A stretch of 64,000 nucleotides of DNA. It comes from Hydrurus foetidus. Its lineage: Eukaryota. This document shows positions 60,616-64,000 of the stretch, piece by piece. Made by a program: the position numbers and the translations under genes. The DNA lies in NCBI GenBank assembly GCA_900617105.1, contig UYFQ01000473.1:1-64000 (forward strand). The letters run 5' to 3'. Each line of letters opens with the position of its first letter. Positions within the stretch are counted from its first letter, which is position 1. The notes under the pieces are model-generated. The model did not search any database. It was not told the DNA's origin and saw only the letters and a program-made list of their open reading frames with translations.

Positions 60616-63600
60616 CTAGGACCAGAAGGAAGAACCGTATAGCGCCACTTCTGCGTGGTGCTTTCCATCTGCTGTCTGTGCCATCATTTGAGCTCTGTAC
60701 TCCTTCGGACCTAAAGCGACAAATAAGAGAAAAGGGAAAAGCGGGAGAAAAGAAATGAGGATAAGGAGGAGGACAAGATGGCGATTGAGGGATTTAAATG
60801 GTAAATCGGCGCTCCTACTGTATCACGTTTAGCGAATGTTTAGTGTAGTGCAGCGGAGAACAGTTTGGTGTACTGTAGTACGTGTGCTGCTCTACTGCTC
60901 ACCAGAAATAGGGACAAAGCGGACTGCTATCTTGACGAATGAGCGGGGACGAAGAGTGACCTCGTTATGCAGCACAACAAATGGTAAAGCGCAGTCTCCG
61001 ATGTAGACCGTCACCTGTTGTATCGTATTTTAATGATGAGGAATGAGAGCGGGTACGACACGGTACAAGAGAAAAGAAGGAGTCCTAGAAGAATATTGAA
61101 CAATCGGATGCATGACGAAGGGAGCAAATGGAGCTTCACTGACAGACGTACTAAATAATCGCATTTGATTTAAAAAAACACTCAAACTACACACCTCTTC
61201 GGAACTCGCATTGCACAGTTCAACTTTCTGCCTTGAATTCGTTCCTATCGCTGTCATTCCGAAACTCGTTACTTGGCTTCTAAAGTACAGAGTCGGAACG
61301 GGAGATCTGCGTACTTCGGAATTCTGAAAGTCCACGGTCCTTCCGACCACAGGAATAGTGCGGTGGATTCCGGAATCTCTGAGATCCAAGATCTCTGTGT
61401 CTATGTGTGTGTGTGTCTGTGGGTGAAGATTCGATGATGGAATGTGTGCTGCACTTGAGGAGGATATGTTACTTTTTCTATTTCTCTCTATATCTGCCTG
61501 TGCCCTCGAAAGTGACGTCATGATGGCCCGGTCCGATAGAACGGGCCGGTCTATCCGTGCCCCCCTCCAAGCAGAGGAGTCAAGTGTAGGGCCCATTTTC
61601 CTACTCGGACTGGACTCCTTCAAGAACGAGACAGACTGGGACTCCATGGCAGATGACAATGCATCATTGTGCTGTACGTTGGAGCGGGTGGAGGAGTTGT
61701 GACGGATATGCTGAGGTGTTGACATCACGTCACATTCCCTCTGCATGCTCCTACCACGCATTATCTCCGGGGATGCCCTTGGAGAACCTGAGATATGAAT
61801 TGGAAAAGGAGTTAGAAGAAGCGTTATATTCTGATGAGACTGTTACACTTCGAAAATAAGGATTACACTTCGTGAAGACACTTCAATTTTTCTCACCAGA
61901 TCGTATAGTTGGACCAACTAATCTGTACCTCTCCATCTCCAACCAGTGTCTAACTTTGTCCTGCTGCATCACACTAGAACTATTGTGTGCGTTTGAGACA
62001 TTGACAGTGTTACACGCACTTCTCTCTACTTCTTCTTCTTCGCGTCTTGCACTGGAACTCTTTGCAGTACGTTCTGGACTATAGAAGGCATTTACTCTGA
62101 GAAGATTATCAGGATTTGCTGCCTGAGAACGTTCTCTTTTACTCGTCAATGCATCTAATGCTTGGTCAGCTGATGACTGACTCTGACATAACAATTGTCC
62201 CGCTGTATCATCAGCGGTATACTTTCCCACATAAGACTCTCCTTCCAATCCATTGTGTGATGTCCCATTTGTGACCTTTAGTGGGTGCGCAGGATCTGAA
62301 TCCGAACAAGATGCAGCGCACAGCGGACGAGGGGATGGACCTTGGACTTCACCGCGCAAGAGCATCACAAATGACTGAGAAAGTGAATAAATGGAAGTAA
62401 TTTGGCAGCATAGCAATCAGCATCTTGTATCTCGTAAATTGCAAATATTGATGATGTGATAGAAAGGGTTTGGGGAAAGATTCTCTGTTGATGCTCACCT
62501 TATTTCCGGCTCTCATCTTGAGCACTCCACTATACACTCCACTGCTATCGGCAGCAGGGGAAAAAGTGACGTGCAGAACATTCTCTGTGTCGGGTAGAAG
62601 CGGAAGAGATTCGGGCGTGACTGAGAAGATCGGTTGACAGGGACTAACACTACCATTGTGTCTTTCTCCCTGTTCTCCTCTAACTCCCTCTCTGTCTTCT
62701 GCAAAGTGGCTTGCTCTAGAAACACCGTGAGAGGGTTCTTTGCTCACCACTGTATGTGAGGACGGTTCGTACCGGACCAAGATAGCCTTTGGCCGTAAGG
62801 TAATAACTTGTGGCCGATTGTTACCGAATGTAAGCGCCACTGTAGTACAATCCCCCGGGGGAGATTTCAAGATTATTTCCTTCATTTCTACAGATGCATC
62901 CTTCCTTCTTTTTTTCTTTGTGACCATCAGACAGGGCAAAGGGACGGATTGAGGACCAGCCATACGACTTCTCTCCCTCTCCTTGTCCCCTCTTTTGGAT
63001 CTAGAACCATAGACACTCGTACTAATTCCTGGAGACCCAGACCAGCTCTTCGGAACGTCAATGGAGATTGTTGTCGCACATGTGAGCATTGCCGAGGAGT
63101 CAAGATCCTCCGTATAGCAAACACTTCTCTCCATTACATCTCCCGCTGTTTTGACATCTAGTGGTATTCCCACATTGGAAGAGGTGTCAGTACTCCTGCA
63201 TAAAGCGTTACTAGGAATGTCGTCCACATTCTCATGGGAATCCACGGACCCGAAAGAATCATTTGTCTGTTGTTGTATTCCGCTCAGCACGTACTCTCTG
63301 TCTTCATTACCTTCTGCATCGATGCTGACATCGCTATTTCTTAGGATTTTCAGAACAGCAGATATTTCTTGATTCTGACTACGTTCACTCTCACTACCAC
63401 ACTCATCTCCACTTCCATCCTGCGCGCACTCTAATGCGAATATGCTCGATTCTTGGGTGTGCTCTCCATCTGATGCATCGTGATTGTCAGCACACACGGA
63501 TGAGGTAGGGAGGGCGTGGAGTAATAGAATGAGCGCATCTGCCGCAGCCGCGTCTTCTGTGACTCTTGCATCTTTGTGAGACATACGCACCGCACTGCCT

Positions 63601-64000
63601 AATAAGGATGGAGACCGAGACAATGGACTACTTACCCTCCCTCCACAATTATCTAAAGGATCCATGCAGTAGGGTGTGTACCCCCCAGGGGTGGCGAATG
63701 AGAAGGGACGGGATGGAGTGGGCGACCCCTGCCACGCGTCACTTCGACTGAAAGGACCCCTGTGCACTACCGGGGTGTTCGCAGTGGAGTAGCTGAGGGA
63801 GTTTGGCACTAGAGGCAATGAAGGAGAGTTACCGTGTGGGCCCCAGAGTAACTCATCCAGACCTGGGCAGTGCAAGGCCCCTTCACCTGCACTCCTTCTG
63901 ACTTCTCCTCCTCCTATACCCTCGTCGATTTCTCCCTCTTCCAACACTTCCCCATTTGCCTTTAAGATCTGAACGAGCGGTCTCGATTCTCTACTAGTGC
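60616..64000 (-). CDS. ASH/PapD-like domain protein, CEP192-like C-terminus; 5' end outside window
   Basis: Exons ending at 61195, 61014-60903 and 60710-60616 splice to FGMTAIG...QKVELCN...LPFVVLHNEVTLRPRSFVKIAVRFVP...VALYGSS; a second ASH-like domain (FSVTPESL.L.P...LHVTFSP...YSGVLKM) lies upstream. Confidence 0.7.

Overview
Eukaryotic nuclear DNA from an intron-rich, probably flagellated protist. A stramenopile is inferred from the gene set and the diatom-CoDi-like retrotransposon; the taxon is not proven. Bases 1-17.5 kb are a nested transposon cluster. (1) A divergent Ty1/copia element (1-7849, 508-bp LTRs) has a CCCH-finger Gag, an unexplained ~600-aa region between Gag and protease, an in-frame UGA at the base of a stem-loop between protease and integrase, and an HSDD RT motif. 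(2) A TA-flanked MITE-like element is split by a two-gene PIF/Harbinger-superfamily transposon with an AGT TSD. (3) A very young minus-strand copia element (11925-17514, apparently identical LTRs, CTAAT TSD) has no tRNA PBS but carries an 11-nt Tf1-like self-priming complement. Bases 17.6-64 kb hold host genes: FAAL-ACP didomain, DPAGT1, TRAPPC11, V-ATPase subunit d, LZTFL1, APC5, a coiled-coil protein, PDK, UPF2, a Cys-rich membrane protein and a CEP192-like ASH-domain protein. No rRNA, tRNA or CRISPR array was seen. All family calls come from motif recognition by eye, without database searches.
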